Shown: positions 29,395 through 39,856, counted from the stretch's first letter. The stretch is DNA of 64,000 nt from Gemmatimonadota bacterium (GCA_039586365.1 JBDHKN010000001.1:169892-233891), one strand, 5' to 3'. Program-made: numbers and translations. Notes: generated by a model from the letters alone, not told the origin.

Positions 29395-30510
29395 GTGTCG
29401 GACCCCTTCCTAAATTCAGACGATTATAGCGAGCGGGCTCATAGTCTCTACAACTCAGGACGGTACGATGAAGCACTCGAGGTCTTGCGCGACGGTCTCG
29501 AGGTGTACCCTTTCTCCATAGATCTGCAAGTAGGTATGGCCTACGCCCGGCTGGCTCGTGAAGAGTACGCCTGGGCACGGCACAGTTTCGAACGAGCGGT
29601 CTCTTTGGATCCCGACCACGAAGAGTCACTGGCCGGAATGGGCGAGACGCTGTTGAAACTCGGTGAGCGAGGGGCCGCTCTGCAATGCTTTGACAGAGTT
29701 CTTTCGCTGGGATTCCGCGACGACCACGATTTGATGCTCCAGATTGGGCGCGCGCTTTTCCGCGAGGGGATGGTGGATCACGCCCGCGGATTCTTTGAGA
29801 TCGCGGTGCATGCCCATCCGGATTCTTCTGAGGCGGCGTCCTGCCTGGGCTATGCCGCGCATAGGGTGGGCGACGAGGACGCAGCGCTCTACTGGCTGCG
29901 CCGGTCCCTCGATCTCGAAGCGAGCCACGCCGAAGCACGTATCTACCTTGGCAACCTGTTGTATGATCGAGGTGAATACGAGGCGGCTCTGTTCCACTTT
30001 GAGCGGACCGATCCGGGTGATCACTTTGATGAGTTAGCCGTATGGCGGCTCATCGAGCTCAAGAAGTCCATCTACCGGCTCCCGGATGATGACGTGGAAC
30101 TCCAGCCATGGTCGGGGCGGCTAGCGGAGCTTGCCGACGAGGCTGATCCGACAGAGCAACTTCTGTCGGAAGTGGAAGCCACACAGCCGGACGGTACTCT
30201 CCGGGACCCGCACCAGCTCGAGCTCTTCGGCACCTTGCTGGTCGAGCTTCAGGGGATGCAACGACGTCCCCCCAACGAGACTCACCGAGTGAAGACCACC
30301 ACGGGCGTGACATACACGGGATCGTGGGAGATGATCATCCTGCAAATGAAGATGGATGATCGAGAGCTGTCTGAATCGTCCCTCGAGCTGTACATGGCCC
30401 GTGTCGCCCGTCGCAGCCGCGTGGAAACGGGGCTTGCGATCCCGGTTACAGACGCTGAGAGTTTTGTGCGTGGCGCAGCGGCTGCAGGGCTACTGAAGAT
30501 TCTCGGGTGA
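29395..30510 (+). CDS. Tetratricopeptide repeat protein
   Basis: SD GGAGG before GTG 29395; ~6 TPR units (FERAVSLDPDHEESLAGMG). Confidence 0.88.
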   Translation: MSDPFLNSDDYSERAHSLYNSGRYDEALEVLRDGLEVYPFSIDLQVGMAYARLAREEYAWARHSFERAVSLDPDHEESLAGMGETLLKLGERGAALQCFDRVLSLGFRDDHDLMLQIGRALFREGMVDHARGFFEIAVHAHPDSSEAASCLGYAAHRVGDEDAALYWLRRSLDLEASHAEARIYLGNLLYDRGEYEAALFHFERTDPGDHFDELAVWRLIELKKSIYRLPDDDVELQPWSGRLAELADEADPTEQLLSEVEATQPDGTLRDPHQLELFGTLLVELQGMQRRPPNETHRVKTTTGVTYTGSWEMIILQMKMDDRELSESSLELYMARVARRSRVETGLAIPVTDAESFVRGAAAAGLLKILG

Positions 30511-30616
30511 CCTAGGGTCAGCCGGCAGCCACAGGGCTGTCAAGTGACTGTAGTGAGCGCGTCGGTCACTCCACTTCTAGTGAAGTATCCTCCTCGCCCC
30601 GATTACCTTTCCCCAC

Positions 30617-33226
30617 ATGAGATGGACCACTGGCGTACGTAGGCGAGTCCTTTCCAATGGCTTGACCGTTCTGGTGCAGCGCGACAGTTCCGCACCGGTG
30701 GTGGCGGTGGTGACCCACGTCAAAGCCGGTTATTTCGATGAGCCCGACCACTGGGTGGGGATCTCTCACGTGCTGGAGCACATGTTCTTCAAGGGTACAG
30801 CCCGTAGGGGACCGGGTGAGATAGCTCGTGACACCCAGCTGCTCGGCGGCTATCTCAACGCGGCTACTAGCTACGACAAGACGGTCTACTACACCGTCTT
30901 ACCTTCCACCGGTGATGGGTTGGCACAGGCGTTGGATGTGCAGGCGGACGCCCTCATGCACACCGCGCTAGATCCCGCGGAACTCGAGCGGGAGCTGCAA
31001 GTGATCATTCAGGAGGCTAACCGGAAGCTCGACACTCCCGCGGCCGTGACAGTGGAGACTCTCTACGAGCTGCTTTTCACCCGACACCGGATGAGACGCT
31101 GGCGAATCGGGACGGAGGAGGGGCTGAAACAACTGAGTAAGAATGACCTGCTGTCATACTCCAAGACACGATACACTCCCGCACGAGTTATCGTGAGCAT
31201 CGTCGGTGATCTCGAGGTAGGCAGGGCCTTTGAGCTGGCGGAACAGCGGTATGGTGGCTGGCATCGACCGGCGGCCGCTATCGAGAGTTCTCCGGCGGAG
31301 CCTAGTGGCGCACCACCAGCGATTCGCGTGATCAACGGCGACGTAGCGCGGCCACTGGCCGTGGTGGGATGGCGTACTGTCCCCACTCTGCATCCTGACG
31401 CTCCCGCGCTCGACGTGACTGCATCTGTGCTCGGCGCTGGTCGGGGATCACGGCTGTACCGAGCGGTGCGAACACCGGGCCTCGCAAGCAGTGCGCGTGC
31501 GTCACACTACACGCCGACTGAAGTGGGTGTCTTCGACCTCTCACTCGAGAGTGACGAAGCGCGGCTGGATGATGCTGTGATGCGCAGTGGCGAACTGGTT
31601 GTGGAGTTGGCTAGGCACGGACCGGAAGTGGCAGAACTCAACCGCGTGCGCTCGTTGGCCGAGTCTCAGTGGGCCCGCCAATTCGAATCGATGGATGGGC
31701 GAGCCGCAGCACTCGGTGAGGCCGAAGCGCTGGGCGGGTATGCGCTGGCAGACGAGTACTATGAGCGGACAATGCAGGTGACCGCGGACGACGTACGATC
31801 CGTTACCGCCAAGTATTTGACACCTGAATGCGCATGTGCGGTGCTCTTCCTGCCTGAAGGCGGGAGCAGCAGACTGACAGACCAAGAGTGGCCCCTGACA
31901 CTCACCGACGTGAGACAGTCCCATCACTCGATTGCCGAATATGCTGGCCGTGGGTCATGCGAGAATGGCTTGGGTGGAGAGAAAGTAGTTGACTATGACG
32001 GTGGCATCAGGCGTTGCTCGCTGGCGGGTGTCGACATGCTGGTTAGATCAAAACGGGGCGCGGGATTGATCACGGTTGCGCTTCACCTAGCGGGAGTTCC
32101 CGGTCGGGAAACCGAAGAGATCGCCGGAATCTCTAGTCTGCTAGGTCGTTCTTGTGTCCGGGGGGCTGGGGGGATGAAGCACGAGGAACTGGCGCTGGCC
32201 ACCGAGCTACTGGGTGGAGGAATCGCACCGAGCAGCTCGGTGGATGGGTTGGGGTGGGCAATGACGGTTCGGGCTGCAGCCTTATCTGAGGCTGCCGAGT
32301 TGCTACGGCTCGTGGCTCTGGAACCCACACTCGCCAGCGACGACATCGCCGTCGAACGTACACTTCAGGCCAGCGACGCGCGGCGCGTGCGGGACGACAT
32401 GTATGCATATCCGATCCGGATGGTTCTCCGCACAGCATATGCCGGGGATCCCTACGGCCTTCCGGCTCTAGGCGACCCCGAGACCATCGAAGCGGTGAGC
32501 GACGAGCAGGTGAGGTCTTGGCAAGACCTGATCAGTTCCCACAGAGCTGTCGTGGTCGCGGTGGGCGACATGGAGCCCGATGCGCTGTTGGATCGGCTGC
32601 AGCCCCTCGCGTCCTGGCCGGCCGAATCCGGACCCGCATTTTCAGAAGGAAGCGCCCCGGTTTTCTCACCGGAGATGGGCTTCGAGCTACGTGACAAGGC
32701 GCAGAGCGCGTTGGCCATGGCCTTCCCCGCCTTTCCCTACCGGTGCGAAGATCGACACGCACTAGTTGTGACTGGAGCTCTCCTGAGTGGTCTGGCAGGG
32801 CGGCTTTTCGACGAACTGCGGGAGAGACGATCCCTCGCTTACTCGGTATCGGCCATGCCGTGGCTGCGCGGTCGCGCGGGTGCTGTACTGAGCTATATCG
32901 CAACCTCCCCCGAGCGAGAGGATGAAGCCCGGGAGGTGATATTGGCCGAGTTGTGCCGGATCGCAACGCAGCCGGTCACTGAATCGGAACTCGCCCGGGC
33001 GCGCAACTACGCAGCGGGATTGGCGGAAATCCGGCAACAGAGCGGGGCCGCAGTAGCAAGTGAGATTCTCGCTGCGTGGACGTACGGCGTGCTTGACGAG
33101 CTCGCGACCGTGCCCGAGCGGCTCCGCTCGGTAAGCGCGCAGGACGTGGCCAGGGTGTCAGCTAGGGTGTTCGATCCGGAGAGACGGGCGGAGTACGTGG
33201 TTCGCGGCAGCGGGAAGGGGCGGTAG
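30617..33226 (+). CDS. M16 (pitrilysin/insulinase) family zinc peptidase, fused two-half form
   Basis: HxxEH (HVLEH), NAATSYDKT, RLFDELRERRSLAY. Confidence 0.93.
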   Translation: MRWTTGVRRRVLSNGLTVLVQRDSSAPVVAVVTHVKAGYFDEPDHWVGISHVLEHMFFKGTARRGPGEIARDTQLLGGYLNAATSYDKTVYYTVLPSTGDGLAQALDVQADALMHTALDPAELERELQVIIQEANRKLDTPAAVTVETLYELLFTRHRMRRWRIGTEEGLKQLSKNDLLSYSKTRYTPARVIVSIVGDLEVGRAFELAEQRYGGWHRPAAAIESSPAEPSGAPPAIRVINGDVARPLAVVGWRTVPTLHPDAPALDVTASVLGAGRGSRLYRAVRTPGLASSARASHYTPTEVGVFDLSLESDEARLDDAVMRSGELVVELARHGPEVAELNRVRSLAESQWARQFESMDGRAAALGEAEALGGYALADEYYERTMQVTADDVRSVTAKYLTPECACAVLFLPEGGSSRLTDQEWPLTLTDVRQSHHSIAEYAGRGSCENGLGGEKVVDYDGGIRRCSLAGVDMLVRSKRGAGLITVALHLAGVPGRETEEIAGISSLLGRSCVRGAGGMKHEELALATELLGGGIAPSSSVDGLGWAMTVRAAALSEAAELLRLVALEPTLASDDIAVERTLQASDARRVRDDMYAYPIRMVLRTAYAGDPYGLPALGDPETIEAVSDEQVRSWQDLISSHRAVVVAVGDMEPDALLDRLQPLASWPAESGPAFSEGSAPVFSPEMGFELRDKAQSALAMAFPAFPYRCEDRHALVVTGALLSGLAGRLFDELRERRSLAYSVSAMPWLRGRAGAVLSYIATSPEREDEAREVILAELCRIATQPVTESELARARNYAAGLAEIRQQSGAAVASEILAAWTYGVLDELATVPERLRSVSAQDVARVSARVFDPERRAEYVVRGSGKGR

Positions 33227-33373
33227 GAGCGCGCAGGGTGTGAAACTGGCAGCTGGGTGGGTCAGTTCGGCGACTCCATGCACGTTTAGCCAGGGTCGCT
33301 GGGCTGGGACGCGGGAAGCTGGATTTGGGGTGTGGTGAAGGGTAACACCCCACGCGGAACTGGGTTGGCGCCG

Positions 33374-33832
33374 TCAGAACATCGACATCGCCAGAAAGGA
33401 GCGCAGGTTTTCGTTGGTTGCCCTCAGACGTTCCGACAGGAGTCTTACTACTGACCAGAGGACCTTGAAGGCAAGTTCGTGATCGAAGTCAAGCAGCATC
33501 TCGAAGTCAGGGCGGTTGATCGTGATCAGTGCGCAATCGGTATTGGCAATGGCATCCGTTGAGCGGGTCGATCGATCGAACACGGACATTTCACCGAAGC
33601 AGGCGCCAGGTTTGAGGATGGCGAGGGCCTCTTCTCCGGAACCGGGAACTTCTCGCGAGATGCGTACCTCGCCCGCGGCAATGATATAAAGACGATTGCC
33701 GGGGTCATTTTCCCTGAAGATTGTCTGGGCCGACTTGAAATCTTGCTCTTTGCAGATCTCCTTTACCCGTTCGAGCTCCTTGTCGTCCAGACCTGCGAAG
33801 ATCCTGGCGTTCTTGAGAAGGCTGGTGTCCAT
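33374..33832 (-). CDS. Stand-alone cyclic-nucleotide-binding domain protein
   Basis: IFRENDPG, LYII..G.V, FGEMSV...RSTDA phosphate-binding cassette; no HTH. Confidence 0.88.
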   Translation of the reverse strand: MDTSLLKNARIFAGLDDKELERVKEICKEQDFKSAQTIFRENDPGNRLYIIAAGEVRISREVPGSGEEALAILKPGACFGEMSVFDRSTRSTDAIANTDCALITINRPDFEMLLDFDHELAFKVLWSVVRLLSERLRATNENLRSFLAMSMF

Positions 33833-33861
33833 TTGATGACGTCTCCACTTCGGGAGCGGCG

Positions 33862-34419
33862 GTGCACGTGGAAGCTACAGATCCCACTTCGGCGCCACAA
33901 GTAAAGCGGCTAGTCGGTCCACCCGACCTGCTGACGGTGCTGCGGCTTCCGCTGGCTCTAGCGTTTCTGCTCGTTGAAGATGCTTACATACGCGTGGCGA
34001 TCTTGGCGGCTGTGGCTGTGACCGACATCTCGGACGGGATCTGGGCTCGCCGCATCGGGGGGTCGCGTTTGGGGGCCGCGCTCGATCCAATTGTGGACAA
34101 GCTGTTCATGGCGGCAGCGTTCTTCGTCGTGTTCCGCAGCGGTCTCTTGGCAGTGCTCGAGATTGTAGGTGTCTTACTGCGCGATATCGTGGCTGGATTG
34201 AGCTTCGTGGGTGTCTTGCTGTTGCGCAGGCCGACCACACTTCCAGCTCGGGCAGGGGGCAAGGCAGTAACCGTTTGTCAGGCCTTGACGTTGGCAGCCT
34301 TCCTAATGGAATCCGACCTGCTACGACCGCTGGCGTGGGCCACGGCTGGCATCTCGATCTATGCGATTGCAGACTACGTCAATGTAGCTTGGACTCGCAG
34401 CGGGACTCGTTCACACTAG
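33862..34419 (+). CDS. CDP-alcohol phosphatidyltransferase (PgsA-like)
   Basis: TDISDGIWARR...GAALDPIVDK signature. Confidence 0.9.
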   Translation: MHVEATDPTSAPQVKRLVGPPDLLTVLRLPLALAFLLVEDAYIRVAILAAVAVTDISDGIWARRIGGSRLGAALDPIVDKLFMAAAFFVVFRSGLLAVLEIVGVLLRDIVAGLSFVGVLLLRRPTTLPARAGGKAVTVCQALTLAAFLMESDLLRPLAWATAGISIYAIADYVNVAWTRSGTRSH

Positions 34420-34433
34420 GAGAGTGATTTCAC

Positions 34434-34958
34434 ATGCGCGTTTACGTCGCCGTGCTGTTGAGCTGCGTAGCAGCGACTCCCTTGTTGTCACAGCAGGAGT
34501 TCCAGCCGCCCAGAGGCCAGGCTGTCACCCCTAGGTTTCGGTTGGGTCTGTTCGGGTTTGGGGTGCATGGTGGCATTGATTTCACGGGTGATGATCAGCT
34601 GGTGCTGGGCACAGCAGTCGATTTGGGTGACCTATACACCGATCGCTTGCGTATGCGGGCGACCGGCGAGTTGGGACGCGGTGGGGACGGTGACAACTAT
34701 GTCATCAACGGGGAGTTGGTATACCGGTTCGTTGCGGATACCATACTTGCCGTGCCGTACGTAGGGGTCGGAGTCGCTCTGTTCTCCCAGGAAAACTGTG
34801 ACTCTGCGCCCGGTTGCCCGGGGCTATGGCTCCAATTTGCCCTCGGTTTTGAGATAAAGATCCGCGAGCCCATAAGCTGGTTGCTGGAATACCACTCCGA
34901 AGATGCCTTCCGCCGTCATCGGCTGCTTTTCGGACTCACTACGAGACGGGTGCGGTAG
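34434..34958 (+). CDS. Small outer-membrane beta-barrel-like hypothetical protein
   Basis: SD AGGAG; signal peptide ...PLLS|Q; amphipathic strands, PYVGVG. Confidence 0.65.
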   Translation: MRVYVAVLLSCVAATPLLSQQEFQPPRGQAVTPRFRLGLFGFGVHGGIDFTGDDQLVLGTAVDLGDLYTDRLRMRATGELGRGGDGDNYVINGELVYRFVADTILAVPYVGVGVALFSQENCDSAPGCPGLWLQFALGFEIKIREPISWLLEYHSEDAFRRHRLLFGLTTRRVR

Positions 34959-35375
34959 ATGGAGAATGTACGCGCAGTGCGGCTGGACTGGATGGGGGTG
35001 GGCCTCCGATTTCGTGGCGGTGGTACTGACCCAGAGACTCCTGCGGTGGAACTCGATGGAGACGGTGCAACCGGTCCGAGCCCCATGCTCGTCCTCCTCT
35101 TGGCCGCAGCCGGTTGCTCCGGTGCTGATGTGGTGGCGATACTCTCGAAGCTGAAGGTTAGGTTGGACGCTTGTGCGGTGGATGTGTCCGGCATCCGGCG
35201 GGAGGGACATCCCAAGAGGTATGCGTCCTTGAAATTCGTGTTCCACTTGTCTGGTGACGGGCTCGACCGGGCCAAGGCAGAACGTGCTGTGGGCCTGTCG
35301 CTCAAGAAGTACTGCTCCGTGGTGCATTCCCTTGCCCGAGACATCAGAATTGAGCATGAGATCAAGCTTACCTAG
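34959..35375 (+). CDS. OsmC/YhfA family protein
   Basis: GPSPM..LL.AAAGCSG.DV, LSLKKYCSV. Confidence 0.9.
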   Translation: MENVRAVRLDWMGVGLRFRGGGTDPETPAVELDGDGATGPSPMLVLLLAAAGCSGADVVAILSKLKVRLDACAVDVSGIRREGHPKRYASLKFVFHLSGDGLDRAKAERAVGLSLKKYCSVVHSLARDIRIEHEIKLT

Positions 35376-35826
35376 GGCACTTTTTGCAGCGGGCTATCTA
35401 GCCTACATCGGGGCGCCGGCTGCGTGGGCACAGCGGGCAACGGAGTTCCAGGTGCACGGTTTGGGCACGTTTGGGGATGACCAGTTTTGGGGTGGCGGCC
35501 TAGGGATTGCTCTGAGGAGTCAAGGGCGTATGAGAGCGGGCGTCTACACCAGTGTGGGGGCTTTTGAGGGCGAAGTGGCGGTTCGGCCTGAGGGCATTCT
35601 CTCATTTCACCTCAATCCTTACAGGCGCAGTGGAGTGTCACCGTACGCCGGCGGTGGTATTGCAGTGCTGTTGATTAGAGACGCAAGTCGTGAATACATC
35701 GTTGGGGTAATAGGGATTGAGTGGCGTCCGGCGACTGGCAGTGGTTGGTTCGTGGAAGCTGGGATCGGGGGTGGTGTGCGATTGGCGCTCGGGCATCAGT
35801 TGCGGAGACGGGCAGGTCGCCGCTAG
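35356..35826 (+). CDS. Small outer-membrane beta-barrel-like hypothetical protein
   Basis: Signal peptide ...AAWA|Q; PYAGGG, WFVEAGIGGG strands. Confidence 0.6.
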   Translation: MRSSLPRALFAAGYLAYIGAPAAWAQRATEFQVHGLGTFGDDQFWGGGLGIALRSQGRMRAGVYTSVGAFEGEVAVRPEGILSFHLNPYRRSGVSPYAGGGIAVLLIRDASREYIVGVIGIEWRPATGSGWFVEAGIGGGVRLALGHQLRRRAGRR

Positions 35827-35883
35827 AAAGCAACCCCGCCGTTATCGGCAGGGTCCATTCGAATCCCCCGAATAGCAGCAACC

Positions 35884-36153
35884 CTAGTTGGTGGCCCCGA
35901 CTTCTGAATCGTGGTTCTTGACCGGCCGGCAATACTGCTCACCGAGGCTGCGGATCGAAGCCAATTCGTCCTCGCTGAGAGCCGTATAGCGCTCCGCCAT
36001 ATACTCCATTGTATCGTCAAACCAATCCTTTTGCTGCGCCAGCTCCGCCTGTAGAACGCCGCAGTGAAGGATGTGGCTGAAAAGTTCGTCGCGAGCCTTG
36101 TCGTAGGGGCTGGAGTTGTCCTCTTTGCGCGGTTTCGCTTTCTTTTTTCCCAT
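35884..36153 (-). CDS. Hypothetical protein (89 aa, helical)
   Basis: SD AGGAG; protein-like composition; hairpin downstream. Confidence 0.75.
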   Translation of the reverse strand: MGKKKAKPRKEDNSSPYDKARDELFSHILHCGVLQAELAQQKDWFDDTMEYMAERYTALSEDELASIRSLGEQYCRPVKNHDSEVGATN

Positions 36154-36286
36154 GTAGAACTCCTAATTACAGCGGCGATTCCTACAATCACCTAATGTAC
36201 CATCTGGCAAGGGCATGGCGCAAACCCCGCAGCTGGGAACATGTTAGCACGTGCCGCGTATGTCCACGGTATCGGGAGCGTGAGGA

Positions 36287-36580
36287 ATGTCTGAACAGGT
36301 TTACGACAACGATCGCAGAGATCGGCTGGTGCTGTTGCTTCGTGCACTCGCTGCTAGAATACGGGAACTCCAGAGTGACGAGGACCTGCTTCGTGCCGGG
36401 CCCGAGTTGATTAAGATGATGGGAGACGCTCGCGGCGAGTTGTTTCATTATGAAGTGCGCTGCACATATGATACTCCGGAGATCGCGAACAGCCGGCGGA
36501 TCGTAGAACAAGCGCGTAACCAGATGGAGGCCCCGGACTTCGGGGACTCGGAGGAGAATTCGGAATGGCAGGGCGTGTGA
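36287..36580 (+). CDS. Hypothetical protein (97 aa)
   Basis: SD-like GGGAG/GAGG; overlaps the dsbA-like gene start. Confidence 0.7.
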   Translation: MSEQVYDNDRRDRLVLLLRALAARIRELQSDEDLLRAGPELIKMMGDARGELFHYEVRCTYDTPEIANSRRIVEQARNQMEAPDFGDSEENSEWQGV

Positions 36581-37233
36581 ATCTCAGGTTGTTCTACGCA
36601 GGGTTGGCAGTTATCGCGTTGATTGGTGCCGGTGCCATATGGATGGCCAGCTCTGGGGCGCGGCGTGCAGCGGTGCAGATACTGGAAGCGCCGGTTCCTG
36701 TTGGCACATCCACCTTCCCGGGATTTGTGATCGGCAGCGATTCGGCTCCTGTAGAGATCGTGGAGTATGCTGACTTCGAATGCCCAGCCTGTGCCGCTTT
36801 CACGATCCTGGCCGGCCCCGACATCAAGCAACGGCTGGTGGCGACCGGATTGGTTCGATGGCGGTTCCGTGGCTATCCGCTGCACCAACAGTCGCTGCTT
36901 CCACATCACGCGGCCCGCTGCGCGGGGGAACAGGGGCTGTTCTGGGAGATGCACGACCTCCTGATGCAGCAGCAGAGAGAGTGGATTACGTCCCGCCGAC
37001 AATTGGGCAAGTTCCGCGAATACGCCCAAGCCGGCGGCGTCAATCTGGATGACTACGATGAGTGTATGCGAGAGGGTCGCTACGCGAGCCAGATCCTAGC
37101 CACACGAGACGAGATTGCCGGATCGGTGAGTGCGACGCCGACCTTCGACATTGGCGATGTGCGATTGGTCGGTGCCCAGCCGTTCGACACTATCGCAAAA
37201 TACGTAAGGCTCGCTGTTGACACGTCAAGATGA
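36565..37233 (+). CDS. Membrane-anchored DsbA-family thioredoxin-fold protein
   Basis: EYADFECPAC, cis-Pro loop ATPTF, N-terminal TM. Confidence 0.9.
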   Translation: MAGRVNLRLFYAGLAVIALIGAGAIWMASSGARRAAVQILEAPVPVGTSTFPGFVIGSDSAPVEIVEYADFECPACAAFTILAGPDIKQRLVATGLVRWRFRGYPLHQQSLLPHHAARCAGEQGLFWEMHDLLMQQQREWITSRRQLGKFREYAQAGGVNLDDYDECMREGRYASQILATRDEIAGSVSATPTFDIGDVRLVGAQPFDTIAKYVRLAVDTSR

Positions 37234-37667
37234 AGTGTAGGATGGCGACAGCGGCCCTATCGCTGATTGGGTTCTTCATATCTCTCTACCTGTGGCTCTG
37301 GAAGCTGGGTTTGATGGGTCCCATGGTGTGCGTCTCAGGCGGTTGCGAGACTGTGCAGCTAAGCCAATACGCCGTCATGCTGGGAATACCGGTTGCGTTA
37401 TATGGTGTGCTTGGTTTTGCAGGTCTGTTTCTGGTGAGTATCACGGCGTTGCAAGACCGTTGGGTTGAACGGAGAGAGCCAACGGTCCTACTGTTCCTTC
37501 TTTCATCGGGCGGAGTAGCGTTCGCTGGGTATCTAACCTACTTGGAGGCCTTCAAGATCCACGCTTGGTGCCAGTGGTGTGTCACGTGTGCGGTGCTGAT
37601 TGTCTTGATCTTCCTTATCTCCGTCTTGGCATTGCGTAGCCCGTCGTGCCTGACGTTCGAAGTCTAG
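37230..37667 (+). CDS. Vitamin K epoxide reductase (VKOR) family protein
   Basis: CVSGGCETV..S.YA, CQWC; ATGA overlap with the dsbA-like gene. Confidence 0.92.
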   Translation: MKCRMATAALSLIGFFISLYLWLWKLGLMGPMVCVSGGCETVQLSQYAVMLGIPVALYGVLGFAGLFLVSITALQDRWVERREPTVLLFLLSSGGVAFAGYLTYLEAFKIHAWCQWCVTCAVLIVLIFLISVLALRSPSCLTFEV

Positions 37668-38011
37668 CTCGAAGTTCTTGCGTCCTCCCCGTCGCTCCCC
37701 ACTCGGCGAGCGATGCCCATCACCGGATCCGGCATCGATTGCCTTGCCAACGTGCTGACAGTCAGAGTGTTCTGACAAAGCGCCATCTGTAGCACCTGCT
37801 TCGGTGGGTGGTGCCAACGGGTGAAGTCTACCCGGGGTGAGAACCTTGCGTCGGCCAGCCCAGCCGTCTGGCTCTCTATATGTAACTCGTTGTAACACAT
37901 AATCTTACGGTCCAGTGTGGTGGTGCCTGCAGCCCTGTCCAGCCCGGGTCCAGCGTTGCACGAACTTTGCATTCTTCGGCTTGACTAGCGAACCTGCGGG
38001 AGTTCAGGCAG

Positions 38012-38326
38012 TTGACAGCCCCCAGCACAGTCCAGCGCGTTATAGTCGCACCCGTGGTGCTCGATCTTGACACCCGTACCGAATTCCGGCGTCAGGCGGT
38101 TCGGGCGTTGGACGTGATGAGTGCCGGCGCGGGTCAACTGGTTCTGGACATGACTACAACCAAGTCCGTGGACAGTGCTGGTTTGGGTACGCTCGTGTTG
38201 ATCCAGAGACGGGCGGCGGCGAGTCGGATTCCCGTGCGATTGCGGGGAGTCAACGAAGACGTGCGATTCTTGCTCACCTTGACCAAACTCGAAGATCTCT
38301 TCCAGCTAGAGTCGATCCAAAACTAA
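38012..38326 (+). CDS. STAS-domain anti-sigma factor antagonist
   Basis: LVLDM...VDSAGLGTL phosphoacceptor motif; LTKLEDLF. Confidence 0.88.
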   Translation: MTAPSTVQRVIVAPVVLDLDTRTEFRRQAVRALDVMSAGAGQLVLDMTTTKSVDSAGLGTLVLIQRRAAASRIPVRLRGVNEDVRFLLTLTKLEDLFQLESIQN

Positions 38327-38496
38327 CACGGCGCCATTCTATCGGCCGCAGTGCTATATTGCGGCCGTTCGTTGAGCCTGCTTCTAGCCGGATGCGCACG
38401 CCCCATGAGACTTGCCTATAACTCCCTGTCGTTCACGTCTTCCCAAGGACGGACTGCGCAAAAGCACGGACGCGGTGACCGCGCCACCTGCGAGAG

Positions 38497-39180
38497 ATGA
38501 GTCCGGAGGCTAGGCCGGCTCTGGTCGCGCGTGGTGTGTCACGCAGGTTCGGGCATCGAGTGGTGGTTAGGGATGTATCCCTGGAGGTAGGGGGGGGAGA
38601 CACGCTACTCCTGGTGGGTCACAACGGCGCAGGGAAGACCACGCTAATCCGACTGCTGGCGGGCTTACTGAAGCCCACCAAGGGCAGTGTTACCTACCGC
38701 GGAGTCCTTGGGATGGTCGCTCACAATTCCATGCTCTATGATGCCCTCACCGCCAGAGAAAACCTGTCATTCTACGGGAGCCTGTATGGCAGGGCTGCGG
38801 TGCAGCGGAGCGACGAGCTACTGGAGCGCATGGGACTCACGCCCCACGGGGACCGGCGGGTCGCCACGTTCAGCAGAGGCATGGTGCAACGGCTAGCCAT
38901 AGCGCGAGCCCTTCTTCCCGATCCCAACTTGTTGCTCTTGGATGAGCCATTGACGGGGCTGGACGATGCTGCCTCCGGGACGGTGCGGGATGTGTTGGCC
39001 GATCTCAGGGCCCAAGATTGCGCTGTGATCGTTGCGACCCACCAACTAGTGGAGTTGGTAGATTTGGCTTCCGCGGTAGGGTTCCTGGTAGGAGGAAGGC
39101 TGGTGGCCGTCGAACCGATTGAAGGCCGCGATGCCACAGCAGTCATGGTACGTTATCGGGAGCTTGCCGCAAATGCCTAG
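38497..39180 (+). CDS. ccmA: Cytochrome c maturation ABC ATPase
   Basis: GHNGAGKT, FSRGMVQR, LLLDEP; precedes ccmB and ccmC. Confidence 0.88.
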   Translation: MSPEARPALVARGVSRRFGHRVVVRDVSLEVGGGDTLLLVGHNGAGKTTLIRLLAGLLKPTKGSVTYRGVLGMVAHNSMLYDALTARENLSFYGSLYGRAAVQRSDELLERMGLTPHGDRRVATFSRGMVQRLAIARALLPDPNLLLLDEPLTGLDDAASGTVRDVLADLRAQDCAVIVATHQLVELVDLASAVGFLVGGRLVAVEPIEGRDATAVMVRYRELAANA

Positions 39181-39856
39181 TAGCTTCTGGACAGTGGCCT
39201 GGGCAGTCGCAGCTAAGGATCTGAAGATCGAATGGCGCACGAAGACGGCATTCGCGTCGTCGATCGTGTTTGCTGTGTTGGTCTTGGCCGTGTTCTACTT
39301 TGCGCGTGACCCAACTGCGGTGGCGGCGCTGGACATTGCACCGGGGGCCCTGTGGGTGACGTTCACGTTCGCGGCGATGCTCGGTCTGAATCGTGCGTTC
39401 CTGCTCGAAAAAGAAAATCGGGCGCTGGATGGGATCCTGTTGGCGCCCGTGCCCAGGTCTGCGGTCTTCCTGGGCAAGCTCGTGGGCAACCTGGCGTTCG
39501 TGGCGGTGGTGGAGTTCGTATCACTGCCGCTATTCGTGCTGTTCTACGACCTGGCAATTTGGCGTCAGCTCCCGACGCTGATTGGCGTTATGGCGATGGC
39601 AACCGTTGCCTTTGTCTCCGTAGGTACTCTCCTCAGCTCAATGGTGGTCCGTACGCGGTTTGCCGAACTGATGCTGCCCATTCTCTTGCTGCCGTTCCTG
39701 ATCCCTCCGGTGGTGGGTGCCGTGCAGCTCACGTCGCGAGTCCTAGCGGAGCGGCCCTTGAGCGACCTCGTCGGGTGGCTTAAGTTGCTCGCTTCGTTCG
39801 ACATCATATTCGTCGCACTTTGTTTCTTCTTGTTCGAGGCGACCTTAGAGGAATGA
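39173..39856 (+). CDS. ccmB: Heme exporter protein CcmB
   Basis: KDLKIEWR, PGALWV, LNRAF..E, LMLPILLLP. Confidence 0.9.
   Translation: MPSSFWTVAWAVAAKDLKIEWRTKTAFASSIVFAVLVLAVFYFARDPTAVAALDIAPGALWVTFTFAAMLGLNRAFLLEKENRALDGILLAPVPRSAVFLGKLVGNLAFVAVVEFVSLPLFVLFYDLAIWRQLPTLIGVMAMATVAFVSVGTLLSSMVVRTRFAELMLPILLLPFLIPPVVGAVQLTSRVLAERPLSDLVGWLKLLASFDIIFVALCFFLFEATLEE

Noticed and set aside
37956..37971. Sigma-54-like TTGCACG-N4-TTGCA upstream of the STAS gene
   Set aside because: The essential -24 GG is TG, so it cannot be supported
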